Source of the DNA: Candidatus Binatia bacterium
GTDB lineage: Bacteria; Desulfobacterota; Binatia; UBA9968; JAJDTQ01
Assembly (NCBI GenBank): GCA_022823055.1
Contig: JAJDXX010000235.1
Location: forward strand, 1,308 to 65,307
Direction: 5' to 3'
Length of the DNA: 64,000 bases
Position numbers and translations under genes: made by a program. A model generated the notes under the pieces. That model worked only from the letters and a program-made list of their open reading frames with translations, was not told the origin of the DNA and did no database searches. This document shows positions 38,131 to 46,932 of the stretch, in pieces; the first letter of the stretch is position 1; each line of letters begins with the position of its first letter.

Positions 38131-38375
38131 CGCGATTTTGGCACAGCCGGTGGACTCAGAGTAGTCAACTGGTTCAATCACCGCCGACTCCTCGAAGGGA
38201 TCGGTATGTGCCCGCCGGCTGAACTCGAAGAGGCGTTTCACCGGTAGTGCGAAGAGTCGACCATGGTGGCGTGAATCACGCCAATCCGACTCCGGTAAAC
38301 CCGGTGTCAGGCGAATACCCTATCTGTACACCTTAACTCCGCCGCCTGCCTGTCCAAGAAACCAGGACCACCTCA
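38131..38375 (+). mobile_element. IS3-family insertion sequence remnant: last ~38 codons of the transposase (orfB) plus the right terminal inverted repeat
   Basis: Frame ending TAG 38245-38247 reads RDFGTAGGLRVVNWFNHRRLLEGIGMCPPAELEEAFHR, the conserved IS3 OrfB C-terminus (WFNHRRL...PPAE.E). The IR ends ...CCACCTCA at 38375. No upstream transposase body is present. Confidence 0.7.
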
Positions 38376-38389
38376 GTCTACGCCCAAAC

Positions 38390-38515
38390 GTCATTCCCGC
38401 ACCCCGCCGTCATTCCCGCGAAAGCGGGAATCCAGGAGTGCAGAGGGCCGGGCGGCGTCCCCGCCTCACCCCGCCTGGATTCCCGCTTTCGCGGGAATGA
38501 CGGAAGGTGGGGCGG
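38390..38515. repeat. Nested-palindrome intergenic repeat, copy A (arms CCGTCATTCCCGCGAAAGCGGGAATCCAGG / reverse complement)
   Basis: Left arm 38407-38436 and right arm 38474-38503, a perfect 30-bp inverted repeat with a 37-bp spacer. Each arm contains its own TTCCCGC-GAAA-GCGGGAA hairpin. An extra GTCATTCCCGC half-site lies at 38390. Gives the SFPRKRES/IPAFAGMT pseudo-peptides in the track. Confidence 0.7.
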
Positions 38516-38520
38516 CGGGT

Positions 38521-41500
38521 TCAATCGACTCCGGGCGCCGCTTCCGGTGCGGGCACTGACGGCGTGGGGACGGCCTCGGGCGCCCGCCGGCGCCGGACCT
38601 TCGCCAGCACATCCAGCCACAGGGAGTAGAGTGTTGGCGTGAGCACCAGCGTGAACAGGGTGGAGACGGCCAGTCCGCCCAGCACGGCGGAGCCGAGGCC
38701 GCGGTAGAGTTCGGAGCCGGCGCCGCGGGACAGTACCAGGGGCAACATGCCGAACACGGTGGTGGCGGTGGTCATGAAGATGGGGCGGATGCGGGTGCGG
38801 ACGCTGGCGAGCAGGGCGGCCTGGGGTTCTTCCCCGGCGCGGATGAAGTTGAGGGTCTGGTGCACGATGAGGATGGCGTTGTTCACCACGATGCCGGTGA
38901 GGATGATGAACCCCAGCATGGTGACGGTGTCCATCTTGATGGTGGGCTCGGTGGCGTGGCCGAGGCTCACGGCGAGGATGCCGCCGGTGGCCGCCAGCGG
39001 CACGCTGAACATGATGATCAGCGGATAGCTCCAGGATTCGAAGAGCGAGCACATCACCAGGTAGACCACCACGACGGCCAGCAGGAACGTCCATTTGAAG
39101 GCGTCCCAGGTTTCCGCCAGCTTCTGGGCCTGGCCGCTGACCCCTATCGAGTAGCCCAGCGGCAGGTTGCGCCGCACCTCCTCCACCGCGCCTTTCTGCA
39201 CGAGGCGCACGGCCTCCTCCAGCGGCAGCGCGTGGTGCATGTTGGCGTTCAGCTTGATGGCGCGGTCGAGATCCACGTGCTCGACCTTGGTGGGACCGTC
39301 GCCCGGCCGGATCTCCGCGATGTCCGAGAGCTGCACCAGCCTGCCGGCGCCGTCGGAGAGCATGAGTGCGCCCAGGTCCTGGGTGTGCGCCATCTCGCCC
39401 CGCGGCCCCTTGAGGATGATGTCGATCTCCTTGCCGCGCTCGCGGAAACGGCCGGCGCGGGTGCCCTCCACCGCGGTCTCGATGACGTCGCCCACGTCGG
39501 AGGCCCGCAGGCCCAGTGCCGACACCCGGTCCCGGTCCAGCAGCACGCGGATCTCGGGATTGCCCCACTCGAAGGACGAGTTGACGAAGTTGACCCCCTC
39601 CACCCCACGGATGCGCCCTTCGAGGCCGCTGGCGATGTTCCGGATGGCCTGCAGGTCGTCTCCCTTGACGTCGAGGGCCACGTTGTTGCCGCCGATGAAG
39701 CCTCCCCGCTGGCGGAAGAGCGAGGCCTGGGTGACGAATACCGCCCGGGTCCCGGGAATGCCGCCGAGGGCGCGGCGCATGGTCCCGACCACCCGGCGCA
39801 TGCCGTCGAGGCTGGTATGCGGCTCTTTCACGATGGCGCCCATGATGGGGGTGTCCAGGCGTATGACGGCGAACATGCGGTCGATCTCGGGAATGGCCCG
39901 GACGCGCGACTCGATCTCCTTGATGATCGATTCCTTCTGGTCCGTGTTGAACCCCGGCGGCATCCTCACCACGCCGAAGATGAAGTTGCGGTTGCCCCGC
40001 GGGAGGTAGTCCAGCGGCGGCGCGAACCACCAGGCCAAGGCCACCGATCCGCCGACGATGAAGAGCACCACCGCCACCCGCCGGACGGCTCCGCGCTGAA
40101 GCCACGCCAGCAGGCCCAGCACCATCGCGGAGAACCCCGCTCCAGCCCGGTCCAGCACGGACATGGCCGCGCGCAGGCGCCGGAACCGCTCCTTCGCCTG
40201 TTCCGGAAGGATGTGCGCGGAGAGCATGGGGACCACGGTGAGAGCCACCACCAGCGACAACGCCACCGCCACGGACACCGCCAAGGCGATGTCCCGGAAG
40301 AGCTGCCCGGCCTCCTGCCGGACGAACAGCACCGGAACGAACACGGCCACGGTGGTGAGCGTCGAGGCCAGAATGGCGCCACCCACCTCGCGGGCGCCGT
40401 CCACGGCGGCGCGCACGCGGCCCTTGCCCATGTCGCGGTGCCGGAACACGTTCTCCAGCACCACCACGGCGTTGTCCACCACCATGCCGGTGGCGAAGGC
40501 CAGGCCGGCCAGCATGACGACGTTGAGGGAGGAGCCCGCGATGTTGAGGACCACGAAGGTGGTGACGATGGACACGGGAATCGCCACCGCCACCACGACG
40601 ATGCTGGCCGGGCTGCGCAGGAACAGCAGCAGCACCAGCACCGCCAGGGTCACCGCGAAGTAGACGTTGCGGGTCACCAGGTCGATGGAGTCGTGGATGT
40701 AGTCGGTCTCGTCATAGGCCATCTTCAGGCGGATGCCCTTGTCGCGGTAGCGCTCGTCCAGGCGGGTCAGGGTCTGCCGGACGCCCTCCATGACCTCCAT
40801 GGTGTTGGCCCCGGAACGGCGCAGCACGCCCATGCCGAGGGCAGGCTTGCCGTCGATGCGCACGGCGAAGTCCCGGTCCTCGTGCCCGAAGGAGACGGCG
40901 GCCACGTCGCGCACGTAGACCGGTCCCTGGGCGTCGTGCCGCACCACCACGTCGGCGATGTGACGGAGCTCCTCGAACTCGCCCAGGGTGCGCACCACGT
41001 GGCGGCGCTTGCCCTCGCTCAAGTCGCCGCCCTTGACGTTGCGGTTCTCGCGGGTGATGGCCTGCCGCACCTCGGCCACGGTGATGCCGCGGGCGGCCAT
41101 GGCGCGCGGGTCCAGGGTCACGTGCACCTGCCGGTCGCGCCCGCCGAAACGCCACACCGCGCCGACCCCGGGGACCCGTTCCATCTGCGGCACGATGACG
41201 TCCTTCAGCTCCTCCCACACCTCGTTGAGGTCGCGCTCCGTGTCCACCATGATCCACGAGATCGGGCTCTCCTCGTCGGTGTTGACCGCGCGGATGCGCG
41301 ACTCGCCCACGTCCGGCGGCAGGTCCCGGACCGTGTCGAGCTTCTCGGACACGCCCAGGCGGGCGATGTCCTTGTTGGTGCCCCAGTCGAACTTGAGGAC
41401 GACGCGGGAGCGGCCCTCGATGGAGCTGGAAGAGACCTGCTTGAGGCCCTCCACCGCGTTGAGCCGGTCCTCCAGCCGGTCCGTCACCTCGCGTTCCACC

Positions 41501-41673
41501 TCCAGGGGCCCAGCCCCGGAGTACTCCGTCTCGACCGTGATCTCGGGCCGGTCCACGGTGGGGATCATCTGGACCGGCAGGCGCAGCAACGCGATGGTCC
41601 CGAACAGCACCGCCAGGATGATGCCGACGGTCACCGAGACCGGGTTGCGGACGCAGAAGTCAACGATTCCCAT
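38521..41673 (-). CDS. Efflux RND transporter permease subunit (AcrB/HAE1-like)
   Basis: 1050 aa. MGIVDFCVRNPVSVTVGIILAVLFG... 12-TM/two-large-loop architecture, ...AFATGMVVDNAVVVLENV... Confidence 0.95.
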   Translation of the reverse strand: MGIVDFCVRNPVSVTVGIILAVLFGTIALLRLPVQMIPTVDRPEITVETEYSGAGPLEVEREVTDRLEDRLNAVEGLKQVSSSSIEGRSRVVLKFDWGTNKDIARLGVSEKLDTVRDLPPDVGESRIRAVNTDEESPISWIMVDTERDLNEVWEELKDVIVPQMERVPGVGAVWRFGGRDRQVHVTLDPRAMAARGITVAEVRQAITRENRNVKGGDLSEGKRRHVVRTLGEFEELRHIADVVVRHDAQGPVYVRDVAAVSFGHEDRDFAVRIDGKPALGMGVLRRSGANTMEVMEGVRQTLTRLDERYRDKGIRLKMAYDETDYIHDSIDLVTRNVYFAVTLAVLVLLLFLRSPASIVVVAVAIPVSIVTTFVVLNIAGSSLNVVMLAGLAFATGMVVDNAVVVLENVFRHRDMGKGRVRAAVDGAREVGGAILASTLTTVAVFVPVLFVRQEAGQLFRDIALAVSVAVALSLVVALTVVPMLSAHILPEQAKERFRRLRAAMSVLDRAGAGFSAMVLGLLAWLQRGAVRRVAVVLFIVGGSVALAWWFAPPLDYLPRGNRNFIFGVVRMPPGFNTDQKESIIKEIESRVRAIPEIDRMFAVIRLDTPIMGAIVKEPHTSLDGMRRVVGTMRRALGGIPGTRAVFVTQASLFRQRGGFIGGNNVALDVKGDDLQAIRNIASGLEGRIRGVEGVNFVNSSFEWGNPEIRVLLDRDRVSALGLRASDVGDVIETAVEGTRAGRFRERGKEIDIILKGPRGEMAHTQDLGALMLSDGAGRLVQLSDIAEIRPGDGPTKVEHVDLDRAIKLNANMHHALPLEEAVRLVQKGAVEEVRRNLPLGYSIGVSGQAQKLAETWDAFKWTFLLAVVVVYLVMCSLFESWSYPLIIMFSVPLAATGGILAVSLGHATEPTIKMDTVTMLGFIILTGIVVNNAILIVHQTLNFIRAGEEPQAALLASVRTRIRPIFMTTATTVFGMLPLVLSRGAGSELYRGLGSAVLGGLAVSTLFTLVLTPTLYSLWLDVLAKVRRRRAPEAVPTPSVPAPEAAPGVD

Positions 41674-43063
41674 CGCGCCTCGAATCGGGTTTGGCGCCGG
41701 GTCCCGGTCCAGCGCCTGGTCCGGGTTTGGCTCCGGGCCGGCCGGCCCATGCTCCCGGTTTCGCTCCGGGTTTTCCTCCCCCAGGCCGCCCGCCCGGCCC
41801 GCGCCCGCCGCCCAGCAGGACCTTGGCGCCGTCCCGCAGCACTTCGTTGCCCAGCGTCACCACCTGCTGGCCGGGCTTGAGAGCCCCGTTGGAGATCTCC
41901 AGGAACGCCCGCCAGCCGCGCCCCGTGCTGACCTTCACCGCCTTCGCCTGACCGTCGGACACGACGAAAACCATCTCGTCCGGGCCGCGGCGCACCACCG
42001 CGTCCTTGGGCACCAGCACGCTCGGCTCGCCGCTCGAGACGACCACCGCGATCCGCGCCAGCATCCCGGCCTTGAGCCGCCCTTGTGCGTTGGAAAGCCG
42101 GATCTTCACCGGGAAGCTGCGGCTGCGCGTATCCGCCTGGGGAACGATGTGCGCCACCTCCCCGGAAAAGGCCTCTCCGGGAAACGCGTCCAGGGCCACC
42201 GTGGCGGACTGGCCGGGGCGCAGCAGCGCGATCTTCCGCTCCCCTACCGGCCCGGCGGCAAAGACCGGATCCAGGTCCACCAGGTCCGCCACCGGCTCGC
42301 CCGCGTTCACCCAGTCGCCCACATCCACGTGCTTCCTGACGATGAAACCCGAGATGGGGGCGAGCAGCGTGCTCTTCTCGATCTCGTAGGACACCGCGTC
42401 CATGCGCGCGCGGGCCTCGTCGTGCTCGGCCTCGGCCATGGCGATGTCCTCGGCCCTTGCGCCCGAGCGGGTGAGCTTCAAGGCGGCGCGGGCGCTGCCA
42501 TACTTCTCCCGCGCGGCCAGGTAGTCGCTCTCGGCCTTCTGCAACTCCGCCAGGCTCACGAGCTGATCGTCATAGAGCTGCTTGGCCCGTTCGAAGTCGC
42601 GGCGAGCGCGTTCCAGCAGCGCCTCCTGTTCCTTGGCCGCGGCGAGCCGCTGCTCCACTTCCTCGGAGCGGGAACCCTCCCGCACCTTCTCCCATTGCTT
42701 CTTCGCCCGCGCCACCGCGGCCGCGCGTTCGCGCAGCGCGATCTCGCGCCGTCCGCGGTCCAGTTGCAGCAGGACGGTCCTGCCCGCGGTGACGGCGTCG
42801 CCTTCCCGGAAGCCGGCAGCCGACACCCGGCCCGCCACCACCGCGGCCACCGTGGTGGCGACGTTGGGCTCGATGGTGCCGATGAAGGAAACCTCCTGCG
42901 GGATCGCCTTCGACTGTACCGGCGCCGTCTTGACGGCTACCGGGCGCGGCCCCCAGCGCTGAGGCCACGCCTGATCTGCGACCAGCATGAATGCCGTCAG
43001 CAGGCAGGCGACCAGGAGCAACGGCCGGGTGGCGGATCGAGGATGGGGGAAATACGTTGACAT
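41660..43063 (-). CDS. Efflux RND transporter periplasmic adaptor subunit (MFP) with a Gly/Pro/Lys-rich C-terminal tail
   Basis: Inner start MSTYFPHPRSATRPLLLVACLL... (ATG 43063). Coiled-coil hairpin ...AAVARAKKQWEKVREGSRSEEVEQRLAAAKEQEALLERARRDFERAKQL... Tail ...GGGRGPGGRPGGGKPGAKPGAWAGRPGAKPGPGAGPGPGAKP overlaps the RND start by 14 nt. Confidence 0.9.
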   Translation of the reverse strand: MSTYFPHPRSATRPLLLVACLLTAFMLVADQAWPQRWGPRPVAVKTAPVQSKAIPQEVSFIGTIEPNVATTVAAVVAGRVSAAGFREGDAVTAGRTVLLQLDRGRREIALRERAAAVARAKKQWEKVREGSRSEEVEQRLAAAKEQEALLERARRDFERAKQLYDDQLVSLAELQKAESDYLAAREKYGSARAALKLTRSGARAEDIAMAEAEHDEARARMDAVSYEIEKSTLLAPISGFIVRKHVDVGDWVNAGEPVADLVDLDPVFAAGPVGERKIALLRPGQSATVALDAFPGEAFSGEVAHIVPQADTRSRSFPVKIRLSNAQGRLKAGMLARIAVVVSSGEPSVLVPKDAVVRRGPDEMVFVVSDGQAKAVKVSTGRGWRAFLEISNGALKPGQQVVTLGNEVLRDGAKVLLGGGRGPGGRPGGGKPGAKPGAWAGRPGAKPGPGAGPGPGAKPDSRRDGNR

Positions 43064-43428
43064 CTTGTTTCTGGTTCGGGCGGTCGGTTTGAAACAGGAC
43101 CCTAGTTTAGACGACTCGGGGTTCCCTTGCCATTCGGTGCGGACGACGCGGGCATGGCCGAGAATAGGGCTTTTTGAGGGACGGGGCAACTGCCTTCGGA
43201 GCATTGGGGACCCGCACGGACCCCCGTTCCACCAGCATCCCGACGCTCACAAACCCTGGACTTCCCGGCCCCGAACCAGTACGTTTCTCCTCGAAACGTA
43301 CCCCCGATCCCGCCCCGCTTGTGGTAACCCCGCACATGCGTTCGAGATGCTTTGGCCCCGTCTCGTTGGCCCCGCCTGTTTCGCGGGCGGTCGGGTAGCA
43401 ACGTCGGTGAGAGGTTCACCGGGACCGT

Positions 43429-43775
43429 ATGAGCAAGGTTGGAGAGCAGTTCGACGTGATCGTCGCCGGAGGCGGCAGCGCGGGAGTGGGCGCCGCGGTG
43501 GGCAGCGCGAGATGCGGCGCGCGGACGCTATTGACCGAACGCTACTACTGCCTCGGCGGGGCGTCGACCATGCGGAACGTCCTCACCTATTGCGGCCTGT
43601 ACACGCTGGACGAGGGGCTCGACGTCGAGCTCAAGTTCTTCCAGGCGGCCCAGCCCATCGCCGTGGCCATTGCCTCGGGTGACATCGACTTCGGCGTCAC
43701 CGCTCTCACCGGCGGCTTCTACAACCTCGCGGACAAGGGCGCGCTCAAGGTCATCGGCGGCGCCGGTACCCTATC
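43429..43775 (+). pseudogene. Chimeric remnant: N-terminal ~60 aa of an FAD-dependent oxidoreductase fused in frame to a ~50-aa fragment of an NMT1/SsuA-type ABC substrate-binding protein
   Basis: MSKVGEQFDVIVAGGGSAGVGAAVGSARCGARTLLTERYYCLGGASTMRNVLTYCGLYT (FAD GxGxxG fold) followed abruptly by ...VELKFFQAAQPIAVAIASGDIDFGVTALTGGFYNLADKGALKVIGG (SBP internal segment). The rest of track ORF 43429..43935 is out-of-frame permease DNA. Confidence 0.6.
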
Positions 43776-43802
43776 GGGGCGGCGGATTTCCAGCCCAGGC
43801 CC

Positions 43803-44457
43803 GTGGGGGTGGTGGGCCCGCTGGTGTTCGCGGCGTTCATCGGCCTGTGGGAGATCGCCTCCCGGGCGGGGTGGATCAGCCCGATCTTCATCCCGGCGCC
43901 CAGTCTGGCCATGGCCGCTCTGCTCGACCTGGTGAAGACCGGCCAGCTCTGGCTGCATCTTGCGGCTTCCCTTCAGCGGCTGGTCCTGGGCTGGACCCTG
44001 GGCACCGCCGCCGGACTGCTGGTGGGCTTCGCCGCCGGCCTGTTCTCCCTCGCCCGCGCGGGCATCGTCCCGTTCGTGGCCGCCATCTTCTTCGGCACGT
44101 TCTTCCCCACCGTCATCTCGGTCTACGGGCGGCGTCGACAACGTCGACCGCACCCTGATCCGCATGGGCCGGTCGTTCGACCTCACGTGGTCCTCCATCG
44201 TGCGCAAGATCATCCTGCCCGGCGCCATGCCGGCGATTCTTTCCGGCTTCCGCATATCCACGTCCATCGCCATCATCCTGCTGGTAGCGGCCGAGATGAT
44301 CGGCGCCGAGTTCGGCGTGGGCGCCTACATCCTGCTGGCCGGCAACCTCATGGCCACCGACCAGCTCATCGCCGGGGCCGCGCTGCTGTCTATCATGGGC
44401 CTGACCGTGAGCTGGCTCATCGGCAAGGCGGAGAAGAGCATATTGCGGTGGCGCTAG
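43803..44457 (+). pseudogene. ABC transporter permease (SsuC/TauC-like), with a frameshift near 44125 and an internal deletion
   Basis: Frame 1 reads ...LWEIASRAGWISPIFIPAPSLAMAALLDLVKTGQLWLHLAASLQRLVLGW...GIVPFVAAIFFGTFFPTVISVYG. Frame 2 continues GVDNVDRTLIRMGRSFDLTWSSIVRKIILPGAMPAILSGFRISTSIAIILLVAAEMIGAEFGVG... The EAA-loop region is shortened and no ATPase gene follows. Confidence 0.7.
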
Positions 44458-44615
44458 CGCAAGTCCCGGCGCCCGGCTTCGACCCCGCCCGTGACGCGGC
44501 CGGGGAGCCGCGTGCCCGCTTGACAGCCCACCGGCAACGGCCTACGATTCGGGCATTCCGGCACCGCAAGCCGTCCCGCCCTCGGGGGCAATTTTCGTTC
44601 GCGGAGGAGGCAGAC

Positions 44616-45740
44616 ATGGCGAAACAAGGCTTCAAGGCGATGGACTCCGACATGCACGTGTTCGAGCCCCACGACCTGTGGGACCGCTACATCGACCCGG
44701 AGTTCAAGGACCGCGCGCCCAAGGGCCTGCAGCGCGATTTCCGGGACCTCGGCGTCGAGGTCGAAGGGAAGATCCTCCCGATCCCGAGACGGCCGGAGAA
44801 CCCGGGTCTCAGGGACTACCGCCTGAGCACCCTGAAGGAGAAGTACTCCGACGTGGCCGCGCGCAACTTCGACGGAGTCAGCCAGGTCATGGCCATGGAC
44901 AAGGAAGGGCTTGACGTGGCGTTCCTTTTCCCCACCCGCGGCCTCTTCGTCCTCGGTATCGACGGCCTCGACCCGGAGCTGGCCGCGGCCATCTCCCGGG
45001 CCTACAACGACTGGCTCTACGACTTCGCCCAGACCGCCCCCGACCGCATGGTCTGCGTCGCCATGGTGCCGCCCCAGAACGTCGAGGCGGCGGTGGCCGA
45101 GACCAAGCGCACGGTGAACGAGAAGGGCTTCCGGGGCATCTTCATGCGTCCCAACCAGACCAACGGACTGTGCTGGAGCGATCCCTACTACGATCCCCTG
45201 TGGGAGGTATGCCAGAGCCTGAACGTGCCGGTGGGCTTCCACGAGGCCGGGCGCGTCTATCAGCCCCAGCCGGCCATCTCGCAGTTCATCCCGTCCTTCT
45301 CCATGTTCAACACCCTGAGCTTCCCGCTGGCCAACATGTTCGCGTGCGCGGACATGATCTACGGCGGCGTCATGGAGCGCTTCCCCAAGCTCCGCGTGGC
45401 CTTCCTGGAAGGCAACTGCTCCTGGCTCCCGTGGCTCCTGTACCGCATGGGGGACTACATGGAATCGGTGGGCAAGGCCGAGTACCCGGACCTGAAGCTC
45501 GAGCCGCTGGAGTACTTCCAGCGCCAGTGCTTCGGCGCCGTCGAATGCGACGAGATCACCGCCAGGAACATCCCGGACTTCGGCCTGGAGGACAACGTGG
45601 TGTTCTCCACCGACTATCCGCACCTGGACGTCAAGTATCCCCACTCGCTGGATACCTTCCTGGAGATGCCGTTCTCCGACGAGTCCAAGCGGAAGTACCT
45701 CTGGGACAACTGCGCCCGGCTCTACAACATGGGTCAGTAA
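44616..45740 (+). CDS. Amidohydrolase-2 family metal-dependent hydrolase/decarboxylase
   Basis: GGAGGAGG SD then ATG 44616; it is the inner part of track ORF 43803..45740. MAKQGFKAMDSDMHVFEP..., ...VVFSTDYPHLD... are typical of the ACMSD-like TIM-barrel family. Confidence 0.8.
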   Translation: MAKQGFKAMDSDMHVFEPHDLWDRYIDPEFKDRAPKGLQRDFRDLGVEVEGKILPIPRRPENPGLRDYRLSTLKEKYSDVAARNFDGVSQVMAMDKEGLDVAFLFPTRGLFVLGIDGLDPELAAAISRAYNDWLYDFAQTAPDRMVCVAMVPPQNVEAAVAETKRTVNEKGFRGIFMRPNQTNGLCWSDPYYDPLWEVCQSLNVPVGFHEAGRVYQPQPAISQFIPSFSMFNTLSFPLANMFACADMIYGGVMERFPKLRVAFLEGNCSWLPWLLYRMGDYMESVGKAEYPDLKLEPLEYFQRQCFGAVECDEITARNIPDFGLEDNVVFSTDYPHLDVKYPHSLDTFLEMPFSDESKRKYLWDNCARLYNMGQ

Positions 45741-45810
45741 CATCCCGGGTTCACCAACCACATTCGAGCGGCGGGGGATCGTTGAAGGCTTCTTCGGTCC
45801 CCCGTGGAGC

Positions 45811-46869
45811 ATGGCGCACCGGGCGGCGATGTTCGCGTTCGGCGCCGCGCGCGGCATGAACACCTACCTCTACGCGCCCAAGGACGACCCTTACCACCGC
45901 GAGCGCTGGCAACTGGCCTATCCCGAGCCGGAGTGGCGGGAGCTGTGCCGGCTCATCGAAACGGCCCAGTCCCACGGCATCGACTTCGTTTACGGCTTTC
46001 ACCCGGGCAAGGACCTGTGCTTCACCGCGGCGGAACCGGTGCGCATCCTGCTCGACAAGGCGGCGCGGCTTTACGACCGGGGCGTGCGCACCTTCGCCGT
46101 GCTGTTCGACGACATCCCGTCCCACCTGACGGACGCCGGCGACATCAAGAGGTTCGACGGCAGCCTGGCCAAGGCCGAATCCCTGTGGCTGGAGGCGGTG
46201 CTGGAGCGGCAGCCCGCGGACTGGGACGCGGAGTGGTGGTTCTGTCCCTCATACTACACCCCCGACCCGCTGCTGGCCCGGGTCTTCGGCGAGTTCGAGC
46301 CCGGGTTCCCCGAGACCGTGAGGCGCTACCTGCCGCCACAGGTAGCCTGCTTCTGGACCGGGCCCAAGGTGGTGCCGGAGAGCGTCACCCTGGACCACAT
46401 GGCGGAGATGGACGAGAGGATGGGGCACAGGCTGCTGTTCTGGGACAACTACCCGGTCAACGACCTCACCATGGCCGACGAGATGCACATCGGACCGCTG
46501 ACCGGCCGGGACCCGCGCCTGCCGGAGCGAGTGCACGCGCACCTGGCCAACCCGCTCTTGCAGGAGGAGCTGAGCTTCGTTCCCCTGGCCACCTGCTTCG
46601 ACTACGCGCGGGATCCATCGGGCTACGATCCGGAGACGAGCTGGGAGGCCGCGGTGACGGAGCGGTTCGGCGCGGCCAGCGTGGAGCACTGGCGGGCGCT
46701 CCGGCGATTCTGTGAGAAGGAAGCGCAGACCGGCGCGCCGGCGACGTTGCCGGAACCGGAGCGCGCCGCGCTGGAAGCCGCCAACGGCTACCTGCTGGCC
46801 CACCGTCGCGAAGGGTGGTGCCGGGAGTTCGAGCCGTGGCGGGAGAGACTGGAGCACGCGCTCCGGTAG
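45811..46869 (+). CDS. GH84 beta-N-acetylglucosaminidase (O-GlcNAcase/NagJ-like). The true N-terminus probably lies upstream (about 45742), where there is no canonical start codon
   Basis: ...GMNTYLYAPKDDPYHRERW... and the catalytic Asp pair ...FAVLFDDIP... The in-frame upstream codons read IPGSPTTFERRGIVEGFFGPPWS, the conserved first strand of the GH84 barrel, with no ATG/GTG/TTG. Confidence 0.8.
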   Translation: MAHRAAMFAFGAARGMNTYLYAPKDDPYHRERWQLAYPEPEWRELCRLIETAQSHGIDFVYGFHPGKDLCFTAAEPVRILLDKAARLYDRGVRTFAVLFDDIPSHLTDAGDIKRFDGSLAKAESLWLEAVLERQPADWDAEWWFCPSYYTPDPLLARVFGEFEPGFPETVRRYLPPQVACFWTGPKVVPESVTLDHMAEMDERMGHRLLFWDNYPVNDLTMADEMHIGPLTGRDPRLPERVHAHLANPLLQEELSFVPLATCFDYARDPSGYDPETSWEAAVTERFGAASVEHWRALRRFCEKEAQTGAPATLPEPERAALEAANGYLLAHRREGWCREFEPWRERLEHALR

Positions 46870-46932
46870 TGTCCTGTCCTGCGAAAGACCGGCAGATGAT
46901 CGCGTGAACTGACCGGACAGCACACCGAAATC

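Noticed and set aside
38860-41880. 1006-aa plus-strand ORF
   Set aside because: Antisense to the RND permease and adaptor genes. Composition is His/Arg/Gly/Asp-biased and no domain is recognisable.
43803-45740. Single 645-aa protein as given in the ORF track
   Set aside because: It concatenates a permease N-terminal fragment, about 400 nt of out-of-frame read-through, and the amidohydrolase. The amidohydrolase has its own strong SD (GGAGGAGG) and ATG at 44616.
45730-45745. Programmed +1 frameshift fusing the amidohydrolase to GH84 at CAG-TAA-C
   Set aside because: The GH84 frame is +1 relative to the amidohydrolase, but there is no slippery P-site codon (CAG cannot re-pair on AGU) and no prfB-like SD stimulator. 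Non-canonical initiation or gene damage is more plausible.
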